The notes under the pieces are model-generated. The model saw only the letters and a list, made by a program, of their open reading frames with translations. It did no database searches and was not told where the DNA came from. DNA of 64,000 nucleotides from the NCBI RefSeq assembly GCF_022846255.1, contig NZ_AP025682.1; one strand, written 5' to 3'. Shown in pieces: positions 52,913 through 64,000 of this stretch; position 1 is the first letter of the stretch, and the number at the start of each line of letters is the position of its first letter. The translations under genes and the position numbers were made by a program. Source of the stretch: Escherichia coli. GTDB lineage: Bacteria > Pseudomonadota > Gammaproteobacteria > Enterobacterales > Enterobacteriaceae.

Positions 52913-54019
52913 ATGTTTCATCGCTTATGGACGTTAATCCGCAAAGAGTTGCAGTCGCTGCTGCGCGAACCGCAAACCCGCGCAATTCTGATTTTACCCG
53001 TGCTGATTCAGGTGATCCTGTTCCCGTTCGCCGCCACGCTGGAAGTGACCAACGCCACCATCGCCATCTACGATGAAGATAACGGCGAGCACTCGGTAGA
53101 ACTTACTCAACGTTTTGCCCGCGCCAGCGCCTTTACCCATGTGCTGCTGCTGAAAAGCCCGCAGGAGATCCGCCCGACCATCGACACACAAAAGGCGTTA
53201 CTACTGGTGCGTTTCCCGGCTGACTTCTCGCGCAAACTGGATACCTTCCAGACCGCGCCGTTGCAGTTGATCCTCGACGGGCGTAACTCCAACAGTGCGC
53301 AAATTGCCGCCAACTACCTGCAACAGATCGTCAAAAATTATCAGCAGGAGCTGCTGGAAGGAAAACCGAAACCCAACAACAGCGAGCTGGTGGTACGCAA
53401 CTGGTATAACCCGAATCTCGACTACAAATGGTTTGTGGTGCCGTCGCTGATCGCCATGATCACCACTATCGGCGTAATGATCGTCACTTCACTTTCCGTC
53501 GCCCGCGAACGTGAACAAGGTACGCTCGATCAGTTGCTGGTTTCGCCCCTCACCACCTGGCAGATATTCATCGGCAAAGCCGTACCGGCATTAATTGTCG
53601 CCACCTTCCAGGCCACCATTGTGCTGGCGATTGGTATCTGGGCGTATCAAATCCCCTTCGCCGGATCGCTGGCGCTGTTCTACTTCACGATGGTGATTTA
53701 CGGTTTATCGCTGGTGGGATTCGGTCTGTTGATTTCATCACTCTGTTCAACACAACAGCAGGCGTTTATCGGCGTGTTTGTCTTTATGATGCCCGCCATT
53801 CTCCTTTCCGGTTACGTTTCGCCGGTGGAAAACATGCCAGTGTGGCTGCAAAATCTGACGTGGATTAACCCTATTCGCCACTTTACGGACATTACCAAGC
53901 AGATTTATTTGAAGGATGCGAGTCTGGATATTGTGTGGAATAGTTTGTGGCCGCTACTGGTGATAACGGCCACGACAGGGTCAGCGGCGTACGCGATGTT
54001 TAGACGTAAGGTGATGTAA
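52913..54019 (+). CDS. ybhR: ABC-2 type permease YbhR (368 aa)
   Basis: ORF track; paralogous to ybhS. Confidence 0.9.
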
Positions 54020-54391
54020 CTTCTTATCTTTCGCCAGCAAAGACACTACCGCAGGGCCGGCAAGGATTGCCAGCCCTGCAATTGCCAGCACAAAGTTGTT
54101 TTCCAGTACGCGGGACAACAGCCACAGAACAATCAGCGCTGCGCCAAAATACCAGGTCGTGGTCAGCTCTTCCAGCACGTCTGCCACCTCACGCCAGCGT
54201 TGCTCGGGGTGGCGCTGAAACACCAGCATCATCACTACCGTGACACAATACAGTGCGCATAATCCTACGCCGACGTGAACCAGAGTTTTACTCATCCAGC
54301 CCACCACCAGCAGCGCCACTACCAGTAAATGCAACATAATCTGCCAGCAACTTAGGCCAGTTGCGACACGAACACGTTGTTGCCACTTCAT
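53981..54391 (-). CDS. ybhQ: inner membrane protein YbhQ (136 aa)
   Basis: ORF track; 4 predicted TM helices; 3' end overlaps the ybhR 3' end by 39 nt on the opposite strand. Confidence 0.85.
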
Positions 54392-54523
54392 GGCTTCTCT
54401 CCTGAAGAATTTATCTCTACTTATTCAGAGTACCGAACTTTACGGAAAATTCCGTAAGACCGCACCTTTTTGTGACGCCGACTACACTATTTCAATGAGA
54501 TAAGAGGCAAAGACAGGAAAATT

Positions 54524-55285
54524 ATGCCCGATCAAACACAACAATTTTCGTTCAAGGTGCTCACCATCAATATTCACAAAGGCTTTACCGCGTTTAACCG
54601 ACGCTTCATTTTGCCGGAACTTCGCGACGCCGTGCGTACCGTCAGCGCCGATATTGTTTGCCTGCAGGAAGTGATGGGCGCGCACGAAGTTCATCCGCTG
54701 CATGTGGAAAACTGGCCCGATACCTCGCACTACGAGTTTCTCGCCGACACCATGTGGAGCGATTTCGCCTACGGTCGCAATGCCGTATACCCGGAAGGAC
54801 ATCACGGTAACGCCGTTCTTTCACGTTATCCCATTGAACATTATGAGAATCGTGATGTTTCGGTCGATGGTGCGGAAAAGCGCGGCGTGCTCTACTGCCG
54901 CATTGTGCCGCCGATGACCGGGAAAGCGATTCATGTGATGTGCGTACATCTGGGCCTGCGTGAGGCGCACCGTCAGGCGCAGCTTGCGATGCTCGCCGAA
55001 TGGGTGAATGAGCTACCGGACGGCGAACCGGTATTGGTAGCGGGTGATTTCAACGACTGGCGGCAAAAAGCTAATCATCCGTTAAAAGTGCAGGCCGGGC
55101 TGGATGAGATTTTTACCCGCGCCCACGGACGCCCGGCGCGCACGTTTCCGGTGCAATTTCCTCTACTACGTCTGGACAGGATCTACGTCAAAAATGCCAG
55201 CGCCAGCGCGCCAACCGCGTTGCCGCTGCGGACATGGCGACACCTTTCTGATCATGCCCCTTTAAGTGCGGAGATTCATTTATGA
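54524..55285 (+). CDS. ybhP: endonuclease/exonuclease/phosphatase-family protein YbhP (253 aa)
   Basis: ORF track; EEP fold motifs; first gene of the ybhP-clsB-ybhN cluster. Confidence 0.88.
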
Positions 55286-56523
55286 AATGTAGCTGGCGCG
55301 AAGGCAATAAGATCCAGTTGCTGGAAAACGGCGAGCAATATTATCCCGCGGTGTTTAAGGCGATTGGCGAGGCGCAAGAACGCATCATTCTTGAAACGTT
55401 TATCTGGTTTGAGGATGACGTCGGCAAACAGCTGCATGCGGCGCTATTGGCAGCAGCGCAACGCGGGGTAAAAGCGGAAGTCTTGCTGGATGGCTACGGT
55501 TCGCCGGATCTCAGCGATGAGTTTGTCAATGAACTGACGGCAGCTGGCGTGGTGTTCCGCTACTACGATCCCCGCCCTCGCCTTTTTGGTATGCGCACCA
55601 ATGTGTTTCGCCGGATGCATCGCAAAATTGTGGTGATCGACGCGCGTATCGCCTTTATTGGCGGGCTGAATTACTCCGTCGAGCATATGTCCAGCTACGG
55701 CCCGGAGGCCAAACAGGATTACGCGGTACGCCTCGAAGGGCCGATTGTCGAAGATATTCTCCAGTTTGAGCTGGAAAACCTGCCAGGACAAAGCGCGGCG
55801 CGACGCTGGTGGCGACGTCATCATAAAGCGGAAGAGAACCGCCAGCCGGGAGAAGCGCAGGTATTGCTGGTCTGGCGCGATAACGAAGAACATCGCGATG
55901 ATATCGAACGTCACTATCTGAAAATGCTCACTCAGGCGCGGCGGGAAGTGATTATCGCCAACGCCTACTTCTTCCCCGGCTATCGTTTTTTACACGCCTT
56001 GCGTAAAGCGGCACGGCGCGGGGTGCGGATCAAACTGATCATTCAGGGCGAACCGGATATGCCGATTGTCAGAGTCGGCGCGCGTTTGCTGTATAACTAT
56101 CTGGTTAAAGGTGGCGTTCAGGTGTTTGAGTACCGCCGCCGCCCGCTCCACGGCAAAGTGGCATTGATGGACGATCACTGGGCGACAGTAGGGTCCAGTA
56201 ATCTCGATCCGCTCAGTTTGTCACTGAATCTCGAAGCAAATGTCATCATCCACGATCGTAATTTTAACCAGACGCTGCGCGATAATCTGAACGGCATTAT
56301 CGCCGCAGATTGTCAGCAGGTCGATGAGACCATGCTGCCGAAACGCACCTGGTGGAACCTGACCAAAAGCGTGCTGGCGTTCCACTTTTTACGCCACTTC
56401 CCGGCGCTGGTGGGCTGGCTTCCGGCGCACACGCCACGTCTGGCGCAGGTTGATCCCCCCGCACAACCGACAATGGAAACGCAGGATCGGGTAGAAACTG
56501 AAAACACGGGGGTAAAACCCTGA
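55282..56523 (+). CDS. clsB: cardiolipin synthase B, phospholipase D family (413 aa)
   Basis: ORF track; two HKD motifs ([16 protein letters not shown]); ATGA overlap with ybhP. Confidence 0.92.
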
Positions 56524-57479
56524 TGAGTAAATCACACCCGCGCTGGCGCTTAGCAAAGAAGATCCTCACCTGGCTGTTTTTTATCGCGGTGATTGTGTTG
56601 CTGGTGGTCTACGCCAAAAAAGTGGACTGGGAAGAGGTCTGGAAGGTCATCCGCGACTACAATCGCGTTGCGCTGCTTAGTGCGGTCGGGCTGGTGGTCG
56701 TCAGTTATCTGATTTACGGTTGCTACGACCTGCTCGCCCGTTTCTACTGCGGTCACAAACTGGCGAAGCGCCAGGTGATGCTGGTGTCGTTTATCTGCTA
56801 CGCCTTCAACCTGACACTCAGTACCTGGGTCGGCGGCATTGGTATGCGCTATCGTTTGTACTCCCGACTGGGGTTACCGGGCAGCACTATTACGCGGATT
56901 TTTTCGCTCAGTATTACCACCAACTGGCTAGGCTATATTTTGCTAGCGGGGGTTATCTTTACCGCAGGCGTGGTGGAGTTGCCGGATCACTGGTATGTCG
57001 ATCAAACTACGCTGCGTATTCTCGGTATTGGCTTACTGATGATTATCGCGGTTTATTTGTGGTTTTGCGCTTTCGCGAAGCACCGCCATATGACCATCAA
57101 AGGGCAAAAGCTGGTGCTGCCTTCGTGGAAATTCGCCCTCGCCCAGATGCTGATTTCCAGCGTTAACTGGATGGTAATGGGAGCGATTATCTGGCTGTTA
57201 CTTGGTCAAAGCGTGAACTATTTCTTTGTACTGGGCGTGTTGCTGGTTAGTAGTATTGCTGGCGTCATCGTGCATATTCCGGCGGGAATTGGTGTGCTGG
57301 AAGCGGTGTTTATCGCGCTACTGGCTGGGGAGCATACCTCCAAAGGCACAATTATCGCCGCCCTGCTCGCTTACCGTGTGCTGTATTACTTTATCCCACT
57401 GCTGCTGGCGCTGATCTGTTACCTGTTGCTGGAAAGCCAGGCGAAGAAGCTACGGGCGAAAAATAAAGCGGCGATGTGA
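56523..57479 (+). CDS. ybhN: integral membrane protein YbhN (318 aa)
   Basis: ORF track; polytopic membrane protein; ATGA overlap with clsB. Confidence 0.88.
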   Translation: MSKSHPRWRLAKKILTWLFFIAVIVLLVVYAKKVDWEEVWKVIRDYNRVALLSAVGLVVVSYLIYGCYDLLARFYCGHKLAKRQVMLVSFICYAFNLTLSTWVGGIGMRYRLYSRLGLPGSTITRIFSLSITTNWLGYILLAGVIFTAGVVELPDHWYVDQTTLRILGIGLLMIIAVYLWFCAFAKHRHMTIKGQKLVLPSWKFALAQMLISSVNWMVMGAIIWLLLGQSVNYFFVLGVLLVSSIAGVIVHIPAGIGVLEAVFIALLAGEHTSKGTIIAALLAYRVLYYFIPLLLALICYLLLESQAKKLRAKNKAAM

Positions 57480-57514
57480 AGTATAGTTAAGTTCTTTAGT
57501 ATGTGCATTTACGG

Positions 57515-58228
57515 CTAATGAAAAAACCGCGTATGCCTTTGCCAGACAAGCGTTATAGCTATAGTGGCAAGAATCCCAAAGAAGCCGATAAAATAGTAAT
57601 AGAGTGTTAATGCACCTATAAAAGCACAACGAACTGAACTCCATAATTCTTCACTATGGCTTTTTCCTGTCAGTTCAAGGAGCTTATTTCGTCCATGCGA
57701 GATAATGCCTGACCATAAGACAATCATTAAACAACTTATTACCCAAATGGGTCGTTCACTCATTAATGTGGCATTCACGATGATTACCAGGGCCAACCCT
57801 GTCAACGTCATCATAATGATAAAACGGTGAGAACCAGGATCAAATTTAAACAATAGACCTGCCAGCATACTGATTAAAAACATCGATCCCGCAGTGCTGA
57901 ACACGACGATAATGGCAGATACAGGCGCTAAACTCGCAACGACAATCGCCACCAAAGAGATTAAAAACAAATATATTACGCCCGCGATGGCGGTATTTAT
58001 CTTGTTGATATCTTTACTTAAGCCATACATAGAAAGTAATAATAATCCTATAGCAACATACATTTGCGGTGAATCATATTTTGTTGCCGTAATTTCGAGA
58101 TACTTAGCGCCCCAGGCCAGCCCTGCGGTTGCCACCAAACCCAAAGCGGTAATGAGCCATATGCCGTTTAATATCCTGGCTTCGTGCTGAAAATCTACTT
58201 TATTGCTATTTTGCGAGTATGATTCCAT
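57515..58228 (-). CDS. ybhM: BAX-inhibitor-1/TMBIM-family membrane protein YbhM (237 aa)
   Basis: ORF track trimmed to MESYSQNSNKVDF; 7 TM helices. Confidence 0.85.
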   Translation of the reverse strand: MESYSQNSNKVDFQHEARILNGIWLITALGLVATAGLAWGAKYLEITATKYDSPQMYVAIGLLLLSMYGLSKDINKINTAIAGVIYLFLISLVAIVVASLAPVSAIIVVFSTAGSMFLISMLAGLLFKFDPGSHRFIIMMTLTGLALVIIVNATLMSERPIWVISCLMIVLWSGIISHGRNKLLELTGKSHSEELWSSVRCAFIGALTLYYYFIGFFGILATIAITLVWQRHTRFFH

Positions 58229-58432
58229 TCTTTTAGTTGTCCTTAGAAAAAACATTAATATTCACCATCAATAAATTTAAAACTACGCATACAAAATACT
58301 TTTGCATTTATGGATACAGAAAACGCTTCCACTCGTCCATAAGGCATATTTTATACCTGGTACTTGTTAAGTGTCGTTTTTAATAAGAAAAAAATCCCGA
58401 CACATGGCCGGGATATTGATGGTGAAAAAGAA

Positions 58433-59137
58433 TTAACGGCGGTTGCCGAAGATCCGCAGCAACATCAGGAACAGGTTGATGAAGTCCAGATACAAGGTTA
58501 ACGCGCCAAGAATGGAATATTTGCGCAGGTTCGACGTGTCGCGAGTATCAATCTGCTCACCCATATTTTTCAGTTTCTGGGTGTCATACGCCGTCAATCC
58601 GACAAAGACAATCACGCCGATGTAGGTGACTGCCCACATCAATGCTTCGCTTTTCAGCCAGAAGTTAACCAGCGATGCCAGCACAATGCCGATTAACGCC
58701 ATAAACAGCATATTGCCAAAGCCGCTTAGATCGCGCTTCGTGGTGTAACCGTACAGGCTCATTGCGCCGAACATCCCGGCAGTAACGACGAAAGTACTGG
58801 CGATAGAAGCAGCCGTATAGACAATGAAAATACTGGAAAGCGTAAGACCCGTCAGCGCCGAATAAAGCATAAAGAGCATCGTCGTTACACCTGCGCTCAG
58901 CTTTTGAATCATCGCTGATAACACAATAACCAATGCTAATTGCGCGATGATCAGACCGATTAAAAAGACACGGTTAGTAAACAACAGCTCCATCACGGCC
59001 GCGGAATTAGCCGCATACCAGGCAACAAATGCTGTCAGCAACAAGCCAACGGTCATCCAGCCATAGACTTGCGCCATATAAGTTTGCAAGCCAGCCCGGG
59101 GTTGTACGATTGAATCAGAACGTGGGAATCTGTCCAT
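58433..59137 (-). CDS. ybhL: BAX-inhibitor-1/TMBIM-family membrane protein YbhL (234 aa)
   Basis: ORF track; 7 TM helices; paralogous family to ybhM. Confidence 0.88.
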   Translation of the reverse strand: MDRFPRSDSIVQPRAGLQTYMAQVYGWMTVGLLLTAFVAWYAANSAAVMELLFTNRVFLIGLIIAQLALVIVLSAMIQKLSAGVTTMLFMLYSALTGLTLSSIFIVYTAASIASTFVVTAGMFGAMSLYGYTTKRDLSGFGNMLFMALIGIVLASLVNFWLKSEALMWAVTYIGVIVFVGLTAYDTQKLKNMGEQIDTRDTSNLRKYSILGALTLYLDFINLFLMLLRIFGNRR

Positions 59138-59236
59138 GACTTTCTCCTGAAGATATAAGGAATATCTTAAGGATACTGCAAAATGATGAGGCTGTGCATC
59201 GACGCAGCGTAAACGTATGTACTGAGCGGTGAAATT

Positions 59237-59263
59237 GCCGGACGCAGCGGTGCCTTATCCGGC
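59237..59263. repeat. single REP element 3' of the moa operon
   Basis: gccggacgcagcggtgccttatccggc. Confidence 0.8.
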
Positions 59264-59273
59264 TAACAATAAA

Positions 59274-59726
59274 CTACCAGCGTTTTGCCGCCTGCTGATC
59301 GCTCTCCCGAGCTTCGACCCAGCGGTCGCCTTCCGGCGTGGCTTCGCGCTTCCAGAACGGTGCGCGGGTTTTGAGATAATCCATAATAAACTGCCCGGCT
59401 TCAAACGCACTGCTGCGATGCGCACTGGTAACACCGACAAAAACAATTTCATCGCCCGGCCATAATTCACCAATGCGGTGAATTACCGTGACGCGCCCCA
59501 GCGGCCAGCGGTTACGCGCTTCATCAACGATTTCTGCCAGTGCTTTTTCTGTCATTCCCGGATAGTGTTCGAGGGTTAATGCTTTGACGCTGTCGCCCAG
59601 GTTATGGTTGCGCACCTTACCGGTAAAGGTGACTACCGCACCGTCTTCGTCACGCTCAGCCAGCCACGGGTACTCTTCTCCTACGCTGAACGGCTGCGGG
59701 CCGACAACAATTTTGGTTTCTGCCAT
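59274..59726 (-). CDS. moaE: molybdopterin synthase catalytic subunit MoaE (150 aa)
   Basis: ORF track; synteny. Confidence 0.95.
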   Translation of the reverse strand: MAETKIVVGPQPFSVGEEYPWLAERDEDGAVVTFTGKVRNHNLGDSVKALTLEHYPGMTEKALAEIVDEARNRWPLGRVTVIHRIGELWPGDEIVFVGVTSAHRSSAFEAGQFIMDYLKTRAPFWKREATPEGDRWVEARESDQQAAKRW

Positions 59727-59727
59727 C

Positions 59728-59973
59728 TTAACCTCCGGTTACCGGCGGGAAGAAAGCCACTTCGTCGCCGTCAGTCAGCGAATGGTCAAAACTCACCAGC
59801 GTCTGGTTGACAGCTGCCAGCAATTTGCCATCTTCCAGCGCCAGCGCCCAGCGATCGCTCTGCGCAGCCAGATGCTGGCGTAACGCTTCAACGGTTGGGA
59901 AATCTGCAGCCACTTCGGTTGCATCTGTTCCCACCAACTCGCGCACCTGGGCGAAAAAAAGAACGTTAATCAT
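59728..59973 (-). CDS. moaD: molybdopterin synthase sulfur-carrier subunit MoaD (81 aa)
   Basis: ORF track trimmed to [13 protein letters not shown]; C-terminal Gly-Gly. Confidence 0.92.
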
Positions 59974-60451
59974 CCGCTTCCACCTTAAAGTCACCCGACT
60001 TGCCGCCGCTCTTCGCCAGCAAACGTACCGGACCAATCACCATATCTTTTTGCACCGCTTTGCACATGTCATAAATGGTCAGCGCCGCCACGGAGGCCGC
60101 GGTTAACGCTTCCATTTCGACACCGGTTTTCCCGGTCAGGCGGCATAAGGTTTCTATACGTACCCGATTGTGCTCCGGCTCGGCCTGTAAATTGACTTCA
60201 ACTTTGCTGAGCATCAGCGGGTGACACAGCGGGATCAGATCCCAGGTGCGTTTTGCCGCCTGAATACCGGCGATACGCGCAGTGGCAAATACGTCGCCTT
60301 TGTGGTGGCGACCATCAATAATCATCGCCAGCGTCTCGCTGCGCATGGTGACAAAGGCTTCGGCGCGCGCTTCACGCACGGTTTCCGCTTTGGCGGAGAC
60401 ATCCACCATGTGCGCTTCGCCAGCGGCGTTGATATGGGTCAGTTGCGACAT
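59966..60451 (-). CDS. moaC: cyclic pyranopterin monophosphate synthase accessory protein MoaC (161 aa)
   Basis: ORF track; synteny. Confidence 0.95.
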
Positions 60452-60453
60452 AC

Positions 60454-60966
60454 TTATTTCTTCAAATGTGGATGGAAATTACACGGACGCGTACGGGCAT
60501 CCAGCTGCGGCGCAATGATATTTTCCCATGCGGTACGGCACGCTTTGGTCGAACCCGGCATGGCGAAAATCAGCGTTTTGTTAGCGACGCCCGCTACCGC
60601 ACGAGATTGCAACGTGGAAGTGCCAATCTCTTCGAACGACAACATCCGGAACACTTCACCAAAACCTTCAACTTCACGGTCGAACAACGGCAGCAGCGCT
60701 TCGGGAGCCTGATCTCCTTCCGTCAGGCCAGTACCACCCGTAATCAACACCACTTGTACATCGTCGCTGGCGATCCACGCAGATACCTGAGCGCGAATAG
60801 CGTAGCGGTTTTCTTTCACAATGGCTTTATCGACAACGTGATGGCCCGCTTCTTGCGCCGAGTCGCGCAGATAGTGACCGGAGGTATCGTCTTCTTCACC
60901 GCGACGATTAGAAACCGTAAGAATAGCAATACGGGTCGGGATAAATTCAGTGCTTACCTGACTCAT
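60454..60966 (-). CDS. moaB: MoaB, MogA-like molybdopterin-binding protein (170 aa)
   Basis: ORF track; synteny. Confidence 0.95.
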
Positions 60967-60987
60967 CTGATCTCTCCTTTTGACGTT

Positions 60988-61977
60988 TTAGCCACCAATG
61001 TACGATAAGTTTTGCGTAATACCGGTGTTATTTTGATGCAGGAAATGGGTCTGTTTTTTCTCCCGCAGCGCCGCTGAAATACGCGCTTCCAGCGCCTGTT
61101 GCTGGGTATCGTCTTCCAGCAGATCGCGCAGGTTAACGCCGCCTTCACCAAACAGGCAGAGATGGAGTTTACCAATGGAGGAAACGCGCAGGCGGTTGCA
61201 AGTGGCGCAGAAGTCTTTTTCATACGGCATGATAAGGCCAATCTCTCCGGCGTAATCCGGATGACAAAAGACTTGCGCGGGACCGTCGCTGCGTTGACGT
61301 AATTGGTGGATCCAGCCGCGACGCAGTAGCTCGTCACGCAGAACCTGACCAGAGATGTGATGCTTACGGAAGAGCTCGCTGCCCTCGCCCGTTTCCATCA
61401 ATTCGATGAAACGCAGCTGGATAGGGCGATGCTGGATCCAGTTCAGAAAGGTGTCGAGCTGATGATGATTAACATCACGCATCAGCACGGTATTGACTTT
61501 GACCTTCTCAAAACCGGCCTCAAATGCAGCATCGATTCCTGCCATGACCTGGTTGAATTTATCCTGCCCGGTAATGGCATGAAACTGGCGAGCGTCAAGG
61601 CTATCAACGCTGACGTTGATGCCAGTAAGTCCAGCATCGCGCCAGTTCGCCACATCGCGTTCCAGACGGTAACCATTGGTGGTGACCGCAATCTGGCGGA
61701 TAGCGTCGTTTTCCCGCACAGCGGCGATGATATCGGTAAAGTCGCGGCGTAAAGATGGCTCACCGCCCGTCAGACGGACTTTTTCGGTGCCAAGACTGGC
61801 GAAGGCGCGCGTAACCCGGCGAATTTCATCGACGGTAAGAAAGCCTTTATTGGTGACGCCGCTCGGTTTGTAGCCATCCGGCAGGCAGTAGGTGCAACGA
61901 AAGTTACACACATCGGTAATCGACAGGCGCAAGTAGTAAAACTTACGCGCAAATGCATCAGTCAGTTGTGAAGCCAT
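60988..61977 (-). CDS. moaA: GTP 3',8-cyclase MoaA (radical SAM, 329 aa)
   Basis: ORF track 60988..62058 trimmed to [31 protein letters not shown]; the longer ORF would read through the leader. Confidence 0.93.
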
Positions 61978-61984
61978 GTACACC

Positions 61985-62125
61985 TTTCCAGATACGGGAG
62001 GCGAAGTCATTTCTTCCTTCGCCCTGGTGGCAATCTTTACAAGCATTGTCACGGCCAAAGCACCGTATCAGTTGACCCAGGTGCAGAGGCTAGAGTGTTT
62101 AGTGGTTAAGCCGATACTAGCGTGT
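61985..62125 (-). ncRNA. Moco riboswitch (moaA 5' leader RNA)
   Basis: minus-strand sequence ...aaacactctagcctctgcacctgggtcaactgatacggtgctttggccgtgacaatgcttgtaaagattgccaccagggcgaaggaagaaatgacttcgcctcc... immediately upstream of the moaA ATG; boundaries approximate. Confidence 0.7.
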
Positions 62126-62147
62126 AAATGAGATTTTTACCATCCAC

Positions 62148-62178
62148 ACTTTCGCTATGTAATCATGTATATAGCGTC
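62148..62178. promoter_or_regulatory. candidate ModE operator in the moaA promoter region
   Basis: tcgctatgtaatcatgtatatagcg, a CGCTAT...ATAGCG palindrome. Confidence 0.55.
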
Positions 62179-62313
62179 ATGATCGTGCTATTTCGCTACA
62201 GAATAAGGGAAAATGGCGGTTTTACTTTGATATACATCATCAGGGATGCATAGCGTGCATCGTCCTTTAGAGGTAGAAGAAAATAGTTTGTATCCTCAAT
62301 ATTGGCAGGTTAA

Positions 62314-63282
<969 letters not shown>

Positions 63283-63284
63283 CA

Positions 63285-63311
63285 CGAAGCCGGAAGAATA
63301 TTCCGGCTTCG
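63285..63311. terminator. hairpin between convergent ybhK and uvrB
   Basis: 10-bp stem gaagccggaa / ttccggcttc in the 37-nt gap between the two stops. Confidence 0.5.
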
Positions 63312-63319
63312 TCATCTTG

Positions 63320-64000
63320 TCACGACGCGGCAATAAACAGCTCACGCAACTGATGCAACTGGTCACGAATTTGCGCCGCTTCTTCGAACTCCAGATTCTG
63401 CGCGTGTTGCATCATCAACCCTTCCAGTTCATGGATCTTCTGCTGTAACGCTTTAGGCGACATATCCATCGGCACATTATCCGGTTCAACAATCGGGCGC
63501 GATTTTCCTCTGCCCTTCGCTTTGGTTTTGGCAATGTTCTGCCCCAGCGCCAGGATATCGACCACTTTCTTGTTCAAGCCTTGCGGCGTAATGCCGTGTT
63601 CTTCGTTGTACTTCTGCTGTTTCTCGCGGCGACGTTCGGTTTCGCCAATCGCTTTCGCCATTGATGGGGTGATCTTATCGCCGTAGAGAATCGCTTTACC
63701 GTTAACGTTACGTGCCGCACGACCAATGGTCTGGATCAACGAACGTTCGGAACGCAGGAAGCCTTCTTTGTCAGCGTCGAGGATCGCCACCAGCGAAACT
63801 TCCGGCATATCCAGACCTTCGCGCAGTAAGTTGATCCCTACCAATACGTCGAACTCACCCAGACGCAAGTCGCGGATAATCTCCATACGTTCGACGGTGT
63901 CGATATCTGAGTGAAGATAACGCACGCGCTCACCGTGTTCTTCGAGATATTCAGTGAGATCTTCCGCCATCCGCTTGGTCAGAGTTGTAACCAGTACGCG
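63320..64000 (-). CDS. uvrB: excinuclease ABC subunit B, C-terminal part only (gene continues beyond the window end)
   Basis: ORF track fragment; helicase motif VI (QTIGRAARN) and C-terminal UvrB/UvrC interaction coiled coil. Confidence 0.9.

Overview
This window reads as about 64 kb of Escherichia coli-type core chromosome, colinear with the K-12 interval gstB...uvrB but in the opposite orientation to the K-12 map. I place about 65 protein-coding genes from recognisable protein sequences, lengths and synteny. They include rimO, the c-di-GMP pair pdeI/dgcI, iaaA-gsiABCD, moeAB, fsaA, the glycyl-radical pair ybiW/ybiY, ybiT, ldtB, mntR/mntS, opgE, ompX, rhtA, dps, glnHPQ, ybiO, rlmF, fiu-ybiX, dinG-ybiB, rhlE, cecR-ybhGFSR, ybhP-clsB-ybhN, moaABCDE, ybhK and the 3' end of uvrB. 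Non-coding features supported by the sequence are REP/BIME repeats at five loci, several hairpin terminators, a Moco riboswitch leader, and Fur, LexA, NtrC/sigma54, MntR and ModE sites. I saw no tRNA or rRNA genes, no CRISPR array, and no transposase, integrase or phage-like ORFs. I do not find a convincing novel multi-gene system here. The most interesting observations are three departures from the K-12 arrangement as I remember it: ybiU is absent between ybiV and ybiT, ybiA is reduced to a 3' remnant beside the dinG LexA box, and rhlE carries a frameshift near its 3' end. A composite REP-IHF-REP repeat sits at two of these loci. All identity calls come from memory of protein families and gene order; no database search or alignment was run. 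CDS coordinates are derived from the ORF track, while intergenic motif coordinates are hand-counted and may be off by a few nucleotides.
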